DNA of 64,000 nt from Lama guanicoe (lineage: Eukaryota), in assembly GCA_013239625.1 (NCBI GenBank), contig MU054220.1:6680626-6744625 (forward strand). The letters are read 5' to 3'. The first letter of the stretch is position 1; each line of letters opens with the position of its first letter. The notes beneath the pieces are model-generated. The model saw only the letters and a program-made list of their open reading frames with translations. It did not search any database and was not told the origin of the DNA. Below, one piece after another: positions 1-11,825 of the stretch. Both the position numbers and the translations under genes were made by a program.

Positions 1-430
1 AACAATTATGTATTTATTGAGTTCAAATTTATAAATTTTCAATTAGAGAACAAAATTTGAAATCACTGTTGACATCTAATTATTATTCTTTTATTTGGCT
101 AGATATCAAAAAGGAAGTACAAATTCACATGCATTAGAAGTTTGGTAATGAAACTTTTTAAATGCAATTTTAAAATTTTTTTCATAAATACTTTTGTCAT
201 AAATTTTTGTGGGTTTTTTGAAATTTTATGAATTTTTTTCATAAATAGTACAAAAGAGCTTTCAATAAGAATAGTAGAAAATCCTTCCTTCCTTTCTCCT
301 TTTCTTCTTTCATGTAACATATTCTTATTGATTGCATACTATGCACCAGCCCTTACTTATAATCCAAATAAAATTAACATCATCAAACATTTTATAATTG
401 CTTATGTTTCTTATTAAAAAGTGAAAGTCA

Positions 431-895
431 CATACGAGTGATCTCATATGGTATTTTTCTTTCTCTTTCTGGCTTACTTCACTTAGAATGACATTCTCCA
501 GGGACATCCATGTTGCTACAAATGGCATTATGTTGTCGGTTTTTATGGCTGAATAGTATTCCGTTGTATAAATATACCGCCTCTTCTTTATGCAGTCATC
601 TGTTAATGCACATTTAGGCTGTTTCCATGTCTTGGCTATTGTAAACAGTGCTGCTATGAACATTGGGGTGCAGGTGTCTTTTTGAAGTAGGGTTCCTTCT
701 GGATATATGCCCAGGAGCGGGATTCCTGGGTCATATGATATGTATATTCCTAGTCTTTTGAGGAATCTCCATACTGTTTTCCACAGTGGCTGCACCAAAC
801 TGCATTCCCACCAGCAGTGTAGGAGGGTTCCCTTTTCTCCACAACCTCTCCAGCATTTGTCGTTTGTGGACTTTTGAATGATGGCCATTCTGACC
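431..895 (-). mobile_element. LINE-1 ORF2 C-terminal fragment (inverted 5' part of a twin-primed young L1)
   Basis: ORF 325..909(-) translates to the L1 ORF2 C-terminus, including the CCHC motif [18 protein letters not shown] and ...EYYSAIK...SEVSQKEKEKYHM. The frame is uninterrupted over this segment. Confidence 0.95.
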
Positions 896-1211
896 AAAAA
901 AAAGAACATAAATACAAAACAGAAACAGACTCATAGACATAGAATACAAACTTGTGGTTGCCAAGGGGGCAGGGGATGGGAAGGGACAGACTGGGATTTC
1001 AAAATTTGTAGATACTGACAGGCATATGCAGAATAGATAAACAAGATTACTGTATAGCACAGGGAAATATATACAAGATCTTGTGGTAGCTCACAGCAAA
1101 AAAAAAAAGTGTGGCAATGAATATATGTATGTTCATGTACAACTAAAAAATTGAGCTCTACACTGGAATTTGATACAACATTGTAAAAGGACTATAACTC
1201 AATAAAAAAAA
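896..1211 (+). mobile_element. LINE-1 3'UTR with polyA signal/A-tail (non-inverted part of the same insertion)
   Basis: Artiodactyl-type L1 3'UTR (acagaaacagactcatagacatagaa...tgtatagcacagggaa...aataaaaaaaa). Candidate TSD aaagtca at 424-430 and 1209-1215. Confidence 0.9.
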
Positions 1212-1723
1212 GTCAGGAAAAAGCACTTAACGTAAAAGAAAGCCAAAAATGTCTATTAATATGATGCTGCTAGGGACTGTTGTGTTTACTTATTTGTGCA
1301 TAACATGATGCTAATGCCATTAAAGGAGCAATCACGGAGCAGATGTGCTTAAACCTCAGCGTTTGATTGAACATGACACACTTTCGCTAGAATACTATGC
1401 TCACTCGTAATTTTACGTGAACAGACTTGCTCGGGGATAAATTTTAAAATAAAGAAATGTGCAGGGTAACAATCTTGCAAATTGGAAACAGCTTTAAAAA
1501 TGCTTAAATATAGGTGCAGAAATGACAGGGGTCATTTTATTACAAAGTCTGATGTGCGCTCAAATACAACTAAACTGAACACAAAATTTACACATCAGTG
1601 GTTTCCACTGGGTTAAAAATTTGTCATTAAATGTGATTGGTTTTGTCCATAGTTTTGCAGTACATTTTCATACTGAATATTATAAACAAAATAGTTTTGT
1701 GGTCATTTGTTTGTTTGTTATAC

Positions 1724-1840
1724 TAAGGTGACCAACTGTCTTGGTTTGCCTGGGACTGTAGGGCAGTGTTTCAGAAACTTGGAAGTTTTAGTGATAAACT
1801 TAGGAAGTTCTGGGCAAAATGGGACAAGTCGTTCATTCTA
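1724..1840. mobile_element. hAT-Blackjack MITE, MER81-like
   Basis: ~117-nt element: taaggtgacca...ggtttgcctgggact...gggcaaaatgggacaag...cattcta. Flanked on both sides by gttatac (1717-1723, 1841-1847). Confidence 0.75.
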
Positions 1841-1949
1841 GTTATACCCCTTGAACCCTATAGTTACGTGAGAAAGTGTTTTAGAAATCACTGTGCTAAG
1901 TTCTGTGTCCTTAATAAGGCTGTAATTAATTGCAAGAAGTTCACCTAGT

Positions 1950-2105
1950 CCACTGGGTTTCAATTCTGGCTCTGCATTATAATTATCTCCGGAGGGTTTT
2001 AAAAGTATTGATGCCCAGGCTTACCGAAGACCAATTACATTAGAGTCAATCCATTTTAAAGGCTCCCAGGTGATTCTAATGTGTAACAGAGGTGACAGCC
2101 GTTGC
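1950..2105. mobile_element. hAT-Charlie MITE, MER5A-like
   Basis: Motifs ctgcattataattatc...gatgcccaggc...ccaatta...gctcccaggtgattctaatgtg are typical of MER5. Confidence 0.7.
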
Positions 2106-2246
2106 TCCTGGGTTCTCTGAATAGCAGTCAGGCAGAGCAATGGCAGAATGAAGAAATAACCCCTGCCCAAGGATAACTAGACCAACCCTATACTGCCCTT
2201 GACATGAACTTGCCCAGTAGTGGGGGAGGCTGCCCGAGTTTTCTTT

Positions 2247-2624
2247 TTCTTTTATTTATTTTATATATATCTTTATATATTTTGTATACATATATAATTG
2301 AAGTATAGTCAGTTTACAATGTGTCAATTTCTGGCGTGCAGCACAATGCTTCAGCCATATAGGAACATACGTATATTAATTTTCATACTCTCTTTCACCA
2401 TAAGTTACTGCAAGATATTGAATATAGTTCCCCGTGCTATACAGTATGAACTTGTTGTTTATCGGGTTTTGTGAAAATTCTCCTTTATTTTGAAACGAGA
2501 AAGATTCTGCCAGAGTTCAGTAGGTGTTCAGTGCAATTCAGGGGGTTTGTAGATGTCATTCTTGGTGGATTTGTGGGAGAAGGGAGCTATGAGTCTCTTT
2601 GCTCCACCGTCTTGGCTCCTCCCG
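2247..2624 (-). mobile_element. Mini-L1: L1 5'UTR head (~160 nt) fused to L1 distal 3'UTR + A/TA-rich tail, with TSD
   Basis: The minus strand begins gggaggagccaagacggtggag (L1 5'-end/YY1-type motif) and joins ataaacaacaag...tgtatagcacgggaac (3'UTR) at 2463/2462. TSD gagttttcttt at 2236-2246 and 2625-2635. Confidence 0.85.
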
Positions 2625-3084
2625 GAGTTTTCTTTATAAAGCTTGCTACTCTCCATCTCTCTGACTCCTCCCCATGTAGCAGTCTTGTACATCAATATCA
2701 GGTCTGAATTCTGTAAACTGTTCTAGAAACTGAGAATTCGAAATTTGAGATTTTAAGGGTTAGAGTAAATAGACTAGACATTTTTAGAGAACAAAGATTG
2801 TGACTTGTTTAATTCTAACTCGTAGGGCTATGCACACAGTTTTCAATTTATTTGACAAATCATAGAGTTTCCCCTTTTCTAATTTCCCTTAACCTAAGAA
2901 ATGAAGAGCTTCATCCAAATAGTCCATTTATGTAACTAAGTCATCAAGTATTAACTGTCACGTGCCACTTGGTCCAGCCTTCATGGGATGCACAGACTTA
3001 CAGGGAATATTGAAATTCTAATCAGACAATGATTTTAATGAATGCTCTGATTTGTCAGAGTAGCTCTTTCTTGATTATTATTAA

Positions 3085-3320
3085 ATGTTATATAAATTAT
3101 GTACAAGACATTCTTCTAAACATTTATATATATAAATTTATCTACTCCTTGTTATAAACTCATGACCTAGGTAATGTTGTAGTCATCCTCATTTTACAGT
3201 TGAGGAAAGCGGGAGCATCAGTTAGTTAATTAAACTGCCAAAGCCACAAGGCTGGCAAGTAAGAGGACTAGACTTCAAACAGAAGCAGTTTTGCTCTGGG
3301 GTCCATGCCCTTAATACTTC
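3085..3320 (-). mobile_element. MIR SINE
   Basis: MIR core in reverse orientation (catcctcattttacagttgaggaaa...aagccacaaggctggcaagt). Confidence 0.75.
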
Positions 3321-5465
3321 CTTTATACCAACTCCTGTCAGAATGGAAATTGGTTTAAAAAACAAAAATAAAAACAAACAACAAAACAAAACAAAACCAA
3401 AAAACCCTGCATTGGAACCCACTCGATGACATTACATAAAGAAAGGGAATGTTAAGATTCTAGTTTTCATATACTCTCCCTTACCAAGTTCAAAGACTCT
3501 CCCTGGTGAGTCAGAGCAAGGAAGATAAGCCCCAGTTTGGGCACCCAGGCAATACACTTATTAGTACCATCTTCTCTGTCATTATATTCAGGAAATCATG
3601 GTTGGGTGATTGGGACAGGACTCTTGAACATTTTATAGTCCCAATCCCACATTTAGATGAGAAAACAATTTTAAGTGAATCTGGAAATAACTCAGAAAAT
3701 GCAACTAAATATTATGAACCCTGAAAAAGAGAATTAAAAAGTGGGAGAGCATAGGAGAGGGAAAGAGAGAGGCAGAGGGATACCTGTGAAAGAAATAGTC
3801 AAATGTGTCTTGAATGGATAAACTCACAACAGAGTTGCATCTCATCCCCTCCTGCCGAGTGCTTCTGGAAAACTAAGAGCACCCACAGGAATGCTTAGTG
3901 TGGGTTCTAGCCTACCTGTTACCTATAATTGCCATGAAACTTGCACCCCGCTTTTCCTGTCTTTTTTACAGCTTCTACTTCCTTTTTTTGCAAATTCTTT
4001 TAGAAAAAAATTTACTGCCACTATATGCCTTTAAAAAAGTCAGTGAGCATGCCCCAGTTTCTGTCTTTAGATTGGGCAGAAATGTCAAGTGTCAGCACAG
4101 TGTTGACTTCCATTCAGATGTAGGGAGAAGGGTCTCCTTCCTGATTCTATGACAAACATTGTCTTGGGACAGAGTCAGCTCTGCATGTGCCCAGAATTTT
4201 CATATCTTCACTAAAAATTACTTCCATTAGATTTTGCTCTGAATTCTCTCTCCCCATGGGGAACCAAAATCAGTCCAAGGTACCTGGCAGGTATCCAACT
4301 TTTTCTTCCAATTAAACTTCTCTTTTATTCCTCCAGTCATAGAAAAAAATACTTTATGCATATGAAGAGATTCATAAAACTGCCTTTGGGGTCTGGATGG
4401 GAATGGGGTCGGAGTAAAGAGACTTTATTCTAATGGGAGAGAGAAAGGGGATGCCAGTCCAGAATCCGTTGTTATAAAAGTACAGACGTAGAGAAGAGCG
4501 GAATCAGGAATTTTGCTGATTTTCAGGTAGACACATAAGGACCTTTATGAAAGTTCACATGACATAGTACTACGTTTCTTGTATTTTCAAGTTATTCCAA
4601 TTTCTCCTTATTTCTTCACCAAAACTCCATGAGGTGAGCATAAAAAGGTAATATTATCCGCTTAATACAAATGAGAAATTTCGATCCATTTGCTAGTCAT
4701 TTCATTTAAGGTCCCTTGGTAAATACATAGCAGATCTTGTATTAAACAGTGCCCAATTTTTCTGAATATTGAACTGGGCATGCCAGAAGTTAATATTTTC
4801 TATTGCAGACTGTATCAGCCAGCAAATTGCAGTGCTCGCTATCTAAAGCACTGAAACTCAGGCAGAATGTTTGCTGATAATGTATAAGAATTCTTTCTTA
4901 AAAGACTCTGGACAGAATGTTAGTCAGCCAATAAGTACAAGAACCTACTTTAGTCTCCAGGAATGAAATAAAGAATTTAGAGGGTCATTGAGTTTGCTGA
5001 ATTTTCACAGTGGATCAGCAGAAAGTTATTTGTTCCAGGCATCCCAGTCACTTGTGCTGCGCTTGGATATGTAATGTTCTGTGACTCTTAGGTCAAGGGC
5101 TATCAGGCTCACTTTCTCGTCCACAATCAGGCCCTTTGTGAGTGAAGCACACAGGAATATAATCAAAGCCAAAAAGGCCAGTTGGCTTCAGGGCTATGTC
5201 AACATAACGTCAAATTTTAATTTGGAGAAGACTGCATCGGGCTACGTGAATGAGAACTGCATGGTGCTCGTGTGGAACTAGACTCGCTGAACAAAGCAAT
5301 TTGTCTCCCATGTGTGTGGAACATATGGGTTTTTCTATAGTGATGCAGAGGTGTTAATCAAGATTTGGTAAGGAGAGTCAGAATACAATGAAGAGTTTTC
5401 TGGGTGTCAGAATTTGCCAAAACAGAGGAGAATCTTTGTTGAATTATAGTTGTTAATTTCCAACT

Positions 5466-6120
5466 ATGTATAGTTGAAGTAGGTTTGTAAATGTTCTGCT
5501 GAGGAATTCCATATCTATATTCATTGGGTATATTGGCCTGTAATTTTTTTATAGTGTCTTTGTCTGGATTTGGTGTCAGGGTAATTTTGGCCATGTAGAA
5601 TGAATTTAGGAGTGTTCTGCCCTCTTCAGTTTTTGTTGTTGTTGTTGTTTTTGGTTTTTTTTTTTTGGAATAGTTTGAGAATGATGGATATTAACCCTTC
5701 TTTATATGTCTGTTAGAATTCCCCTGTGAATCCATCTGGCTCTGGACTTTGTTGGAAATTTTTTGATTGCTGATTCAATTTTAATACTAGTAATCAGCCT
5801 GTTCAGATTATATATTTCTTGCTGATTTAGTCTTGGAAGATTTTATGTTCCTAGGAACTTATCCATCTCTTTTAAGTTGTTCAATTTGTTGGCATAAAAC
5901 TGGGCATAGTATTTTCCTATGATTGTTTGTATCTCTGTGATATTAGCTGTAATTTCTCCTCTCATTTTTTTTTTTAATTTGGGTCTTCTCTCTTTTTTTC
6001 CTTAATGAGCCTGGATAAAGGCTTATCAATTTTGTTTAGCTTTTTAAAAGAAAAACAGGTCTTGATTTTATTGATTTTTTTTCTATCTTTTGGTCTCTGT
6101 TTTATTTATTTCCTCTCTTC
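5466..6120 (-). mobile_element. LINE-1 ORF2 fragment (region upstream of and into the start of RT), inverted segment
   Basis: Minus-strand translation AKITLTPNPDKDTIKK...; sequence typical of antisense L1 ORF2 (ttgtctggatttggtgtcagggtaat..., gataaaggcttatcaattttgtt). Confidence 0.9.
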
Positions 6121-7633
6121 AAGAGAAGTAAAATACCTAGGAATAAACTTAACCAAGGATGTGAAAGACCTATACTCTGAAAACTATAAGACATTCATGA
6201 AGGAAATTGAAGATGATACAAATAAATGGAAAGACATTACTTGTTCATGGATTGGAGGAATTAATATTGTTAAAATGTTCATGCTACCCAAAGCAATCTA
6301 TAGATTTAATGCAGTCTCTATCAAGATACTCATGACATTTTTCACAGAACTGGAACAAATAATCCTAAAATTTGTATGAAACCACACAAGACTCAGGATA
6401 AGCAAAGCAATCTTGAGGAAAAACAAAACAAAACTAGAGATATCATGCCCTTGACTTTGGATTACACTACAAAACTACACACATCGAAATAATAAGGTAC
6501 TGACACAAAAACAAACACATAGATCAATGAAACAGACTAGAGAGCCTAAAAGTAACACCATATACCTATAGACAGTTAATCTGTGACAGAAGAAACAAAA
6601 ATACACAACAGTCTCTTTAATAAGGGTGTTGGGGAAAATGGATAGCTAAATGTAAAAGAATGAAAGCAGAACATTTTCTCACAACATATAAAAAATAAAC
6701 TTAAAATGGATAAAGACCTAAATGTAATACTGGAAACTATTAAACTCCTAGAAGAACACATAGACAGTACACACTTGGACATAAGTCATAGCAGTATATT
6801 TTTTGATCCATCTCCTCAGACCAATTAAACAGATTGGACCTAATTAAATTCAAAAGTTTTTGTGCAGTGAAGGAAACCATCAATATAATGAAAATACAAT
6901 CTACTGAATGAGAGGAGATATTTGCAAATGATATATCTAACAAGGGGTTAATATCCAACATATATAAAAAGCTCATACCACTCAATATGAAAAAAAATTA
7001 AAATGAGCAGAAGACCTGAATAGACATTTTTCCAAAGAAGACATGAAAAGATGCTCAACATCACTAATCATCAGGGAAATACAAATCAAAACCATAATGA
7101 GATATCACCTCACACATGTGAGAATGACTATCATGACAAAGACAGCAAATAATAATTTTTGGTGAGGATCTGGAGAAGAGGGAACCCTCATTCAGTGTTG
7201 TGGCAATGTAAATTGGTAGAACCACCACGAAAAACAGTATGGAGGTTTCTCAAATAATTAAGAGTAGAAGTACCATATTGTCCAGCAATTATACTCCTGA
7301 ATATATATCTGAGGAAAACAATAACACTAATTCCAAAAGATACATGCAACCCAGTGTTCCTAGCAACATTATTTACACTAATCAAGGTATGGAGGCAACC
7401 TAAATGTCCATGAGCAGACAAATGGATAAAGAAGATATGTTATATTTACAGTGGAATATTACTCAGCCATAAAAAGAATGATGTTTGCCATTGGCAGCAA
7501 CATGAATGGACATGGAGGTATTACACTTAGTGAAGTAAGTCAGAGAAAGACAAATACTGTATGCTATCACTTAAATGTGAAATCTAAAAAATAAAACAAG
7601 TGAACATAACAAAACAGAAAGAGACTCATAGAT
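6121..7633 (+). mobile_element. LINE-1 ORF2 3' half and start of 3'UTR, decayed, 3'-truncated
   Basis: [49 protein letters not shown]...PKAIYRFNA in ORF 6005..6379. Continues through the ORF2 C-terminus to aaaacagaaagagactcataga, then stops with no polyA. Confidence 0.93.
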
Positions 7634-10089
7634 CCTGGGTCGTTCCCAAAGTTCTCTGGCCCAATCTCTGGGATCAAGCTGAAGAAATGGTCACACACTA
7701 AGCAGAATTTCTAGAACTTCTGCTGTTGCCCTAGAACCCCCAGCCAGTCAAGACCCCACATCATTTCCAATGATGTTTGCTAGGAAAAAAACTGCAAATG
7801 TAGGTGCCAAGCCACAGCCACTGTTTGTATCCAGAAGGGACGACCCAGAACTACTCACCTGCTGGCTCTCTGGAATCACTCTATTATCGCATCAATCACA
7901 CAATAACACGACCCTGTATCTTACATGATTGAATTACTTGGGCTAGTTTGTTATATTGAGGCAGGGTTTGCCATACTTGAAATAGCTTCAGTTTAATCAG
8001 AAATGGGGCTTTAAAAAAGTGATACTGTAGTATTAACATCCTTATAATACCAATACTTCACAAAATTGATTATAAGGAGATGTTCCTCGATTGCATGCAT
8101 AGCATCTTGCCTGGTATTCCAAGATATTATTTTGGAATTTTATTCCAAAAATTTGTAAATCAACCTGTAAGTTATTCCTTGTTTTTTAAAGATGTAAACT
8201 TTACCTAAATTTATGTATTCATGCAGTTGATGCCAAGGGGATCCTATGCATAGTAGAAAAGTTTAAACAATTGATGGAAGAAAAGCAAAAAGAAAGAAAA
8301 GCCCTTTGCAGTGGGTGGCCTGACAAGCTCTGCAGCCCTGCTGCCCTAATGCTGTATAGACTGACAGCAGGAGGGTTTGCTAGTTTCTCCCCTGTGTTAT
8401 TAGATTTCCTTGTAATTAATGTCTAGCTATTTGGCGGTAGATCTATGATTTTTCCTTAGATGAATTCCTAAGACTCTTGATCACGTTGAAGTTAAGAATT
8501 ACGTAAGGTACAGTGGCATACAGCTTTTCTCTGTAACATGATTAAATAAGACAGAAAATATGAGAAAGTTTGTTTAAAAGTATTAAGACTGTATTTTATC
8601 CTCAGTTAGGCTCGATTGTTACTTTAGAGCAAGGAAGAATGGTATTGAAAGGACCAAGAATGCCCAAAAGTTGTTGCCTGCAACTGAACCTTTTGGAAGT
8701 TTCCCGCTGTTTATGCCAGACTGGTTGGGGAATCCTTGCTGGTTTACTCATTGGTTCATTTTTATCTACAGGACATCAGTTAAGTATTCAGTGTATCCAG
8801 TAGCATGAGCAGAATGTTGAAAGCCTGAAGATAGATGTGTCAGCCATTGGGATACCTTTCCGAAATGTAAAATCTAATGAGGAAAATAGGTGTATGAAAT
8901 TACACACAGCTTCGCATCTTCATTAAGGTGACAAGGCAAATTATAATGCAATATATTCAGAGGTCCAGAGAAGGTGAGGATCATTACTATGAGTTAGAGG
9001 AGTCAAGGAGGCCTTTCTTAAAGAGATGTGGTTCATGTTTGGAACTGAAGAGTAGGTGGTACCTCCCTTTCCCACTGCTCATCCTGTAAAAGTCAGGAAA
9101 AGGGAAAATCTTGGTAATAAATTGTGGAACTATTACTATGCAGACCAAATAATTTGCTTTTCCAAACTTCCCTTACTTTTCTTTCATAAGAGCTTATAAT
9201 TTCTAAATAGGATCCCTCTCTGGAGAGCTTTTTAATGAACTGTGTTATGAAAGTAGGATACTGTCTCAAATCTGAAAAAAAAAGTCATTATACTTTAAAG
9301 GAGAAACATTGTAGAAAAAATGTTATTTTATGAAGCCCTCCTTATTAGTACCTTTGCATGCTTATTAGCACCGTTTTATTCAGAGGGCTGTATTTACCCT
9401 GTTTTAAGTAGTTGATTTTGCAACTGTGTAGGAGTAAAAGTGTCTGAATTATACAGACAAAAACATGCGTGCCTCATGCACGTGTATGTGGGTGCCCATG
9501 TGTTTGTGGTCAGAGGTAGAAAGTAAGAAGTCTATGCCAGGGACAGAAGGAGTTATGCAGAGCTGCCTTGAGTAAACTATTGACTTGCAAGTACAGGAAG
9601 AAATTTAACGACTTGTTGTGATGTGCTTCTGTGGGAAGAACAGCATCCCCAGCGCTTAGGATCATGGACAAGGGAGGTCCCTCTTGAAGCTTCTTGGACC
9701 TCTGTCCATCTGTTCTGCTTCTCCCTGACCATAGATGCACCTGGTGGGCTTCCTGTGAAGCCAGTCTCAATGAAGTATTTACATAATTCACATTTGCATT
9801 GCTGAAGGGGTACCCCTCAAATACAACAATGTATAATTCTAGAAAAAGAGAAAACACCATGATTAAAAGGGCGAGAGAGCTCAGAGAAAGCATACGCATG
9901 GCCAAAAGAGGAAAAGTATTAGAACTTCTAAGTCAACATCAATTTCAGAGTAAAGAATTACATGGAATAAAAAGGGGGGAAGGAAAACTAAGTGTCAAAA
10001 CCAGTCTCCAAAGCTAGTCTGCATGCTTCCCAAGTCTCCAAAATAAACCCTGACAGTGTTGTCTCTGCGGAGGAGTCTTGTAGTCTCAA

Positions 10090-10320
10090 GAGACTGGCTA
10101 TTGGAGTCACAAAGGCTTGGATACCATCCCTCTTCTTTGACTTCCTAGCTGTTCTATCTGTGTATGTTTCTCTGTCACTTGGATTGCTAATTTCACCATT
10201 CTTAACCATCAGAATAGTAATGTCTACCTGATAATAGCTTTGAAAGGATGAAGAGAATACCATGTAAGATTTGGGCATTATTTGCACCCCACATATGCAT
10301 TAAATGAACAGTAGCTAACT
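10090..10320 (+). mobile_element. MIR SINE
   Basis: tRNA-like head (ggctattggagtcac...ggcttggat), decayed core and tail (atagtaatgtctacctgataatagc). Confidence 0.6.
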
Positions 10321-10359
10321 TTTCTAAGCAAGCCATGATAAAAAAATAATAATAATCTA

Positions 10360-10560
10360 ACACTGCATGTACGAACTTATTGAACCCTTAGACCAAATCT
10401 TGAAATAATTACTTTTATGTCCATTTCACAGATTAGAAAACTGAGGCATAGAGACATTAAATATCTTTCCCAGGGCTGTAAAGCCAGGAAGTAACTGGAC
10501 CAGAAGGAAACCTGAGGCAGTCCTCCTGCAGAGACTAAGCTCCCATACCCCGTGCTCTAC
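10360..10560 (-). mobile_element. MIR SINE
   Basis: ccatttcacagattagaaaactgaggcatagagacattaaatatctttcccagg. Confidence 0.7.
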
Positions 10561-11439
10561 TCGTTAAAGATTGACTATCAATAGTGTTGTCATTACTACT
10601 TCCGTCTTCTTGTCCTACTGGGATATTGTCACTTCTGATTGTCTTCTTAATTTTATATTTAAAACACCCCTTAACTGAGCACTCTCTTTTAGGATTAGTA
10701 TCCTTTAGTGATCACTTGTTTGTAAAGGATTGTTTTATGGTAGGACTTGCTGCACACAGTTGTGGATATTGTCCAAATTCTCCAGAGATAAGATATAAGT
10801 TAAAATATTTAAATGTCAGCATATTAATTTTTCTGTAACTCTAGGCAGCAAAATGGATATATGTACAATTTATGTACATAATAAAATCTGTGTAAACACA
10901 TGCTGTGACCTACTTTCCTCCAAGCCCGCCTTGTTTTTTATATCTATACTACCTTTTTGCATCAGGAAAAAAAATCTTTTCTGTTTTTTCCCTCTCCCGT
11001 AGTTTCCTCCTCCCTGTCAGACTGAACTAACAAGCACAGCAGAATGCAGCTCACGTCACCCAATGTGTGTTTCAGTATTGAACCCAGTGGTCTCATCCTA
11101 GACAATATATCTTGACGTAGAATCCATCTCTTCATCTGGGAAGAGTTTTGGAAAACAAGCCTTCTTTCTGTTTGGTAGCTTTTTATTTGAGAGCTCAGCA
11201 GAAATAACACAAAACAATTCACTGTCAAAGTTTCGAGAAAATCAATACACAGCTTACCTCCCTGTCTCTACCCTCCAGATTTTATTATATATTACAATGG
11301 ACTTATTTCAATAAGAACAGTGCTGCATTATTTCCATTACTTTCTCTATGTTGCAGCTAATATTTCACCTTAGTGGAAGGATATTAGATACTAGGGGCTT
11401 ATCTGGGCTCTTCCTGAACTGATTCATCCGTTTATTCAT

Positions 11440-11825
11440 CCAAAATATTGCACAGCTTTGACAAAGAATGTGAGAGTTCTCTATGTTCAGACATGAAAAG
11501 ATGCTTAAGATATATTAAGTTAAAAAAAGCAAATTGCAAAACAATGTGTTTATCAGGATCTGATAATTTTGTCTTTTCCAAAAAATAAAATCAAAATGAT
11601 TCCATGTGTATGTATGTCTACAGAAAAACTCTGGAAAAGTATTTTCCAGAATGTCAGCATCAGTCACCTACCTCTGAGAAATAAATTTACTTGGGTAAGA
11701 GGGCAGTGAGGGACAAGATGAAACATTCTTTTTTACTTACACACTTTTGTTGGGTTTTATAAAGATTTTTTGTATTGTTTAGTTTTGTACTGCATAGTAT
11801 TACTACAGTAATTAGAAATATACAA
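11440..11825 (+). mobile_element. Old L1 (L1ME-like) 3'UTR fragment
   Basis: gacatgaaaagatgcttaagatatattaagttaaaaaaagcaaattgcaaaacaatgtgt...ctggaaaagtatt..., typical of L1ME 3' ends. Confidence 0.65.

Noticed and set aside
325..909. 194-aa ORF as a host gene
   Set aside because: It is the L1 ORF2 C-terminus; its start and stop come from the inversion junction and flanking DNA.
6005..6379. 124-aa ORF with a hydrophobic N-terminus
   Set aside because: Chimeric read-through across the L1 inversion junction at 6120/6121 (antisense L1 + sense ORF2).
9510..9905. 131-aa minus-strand ORF with an internal strong acceptor near 9839
   Set aside because: No recognisable domain, no convincing donor, and no partner exons.
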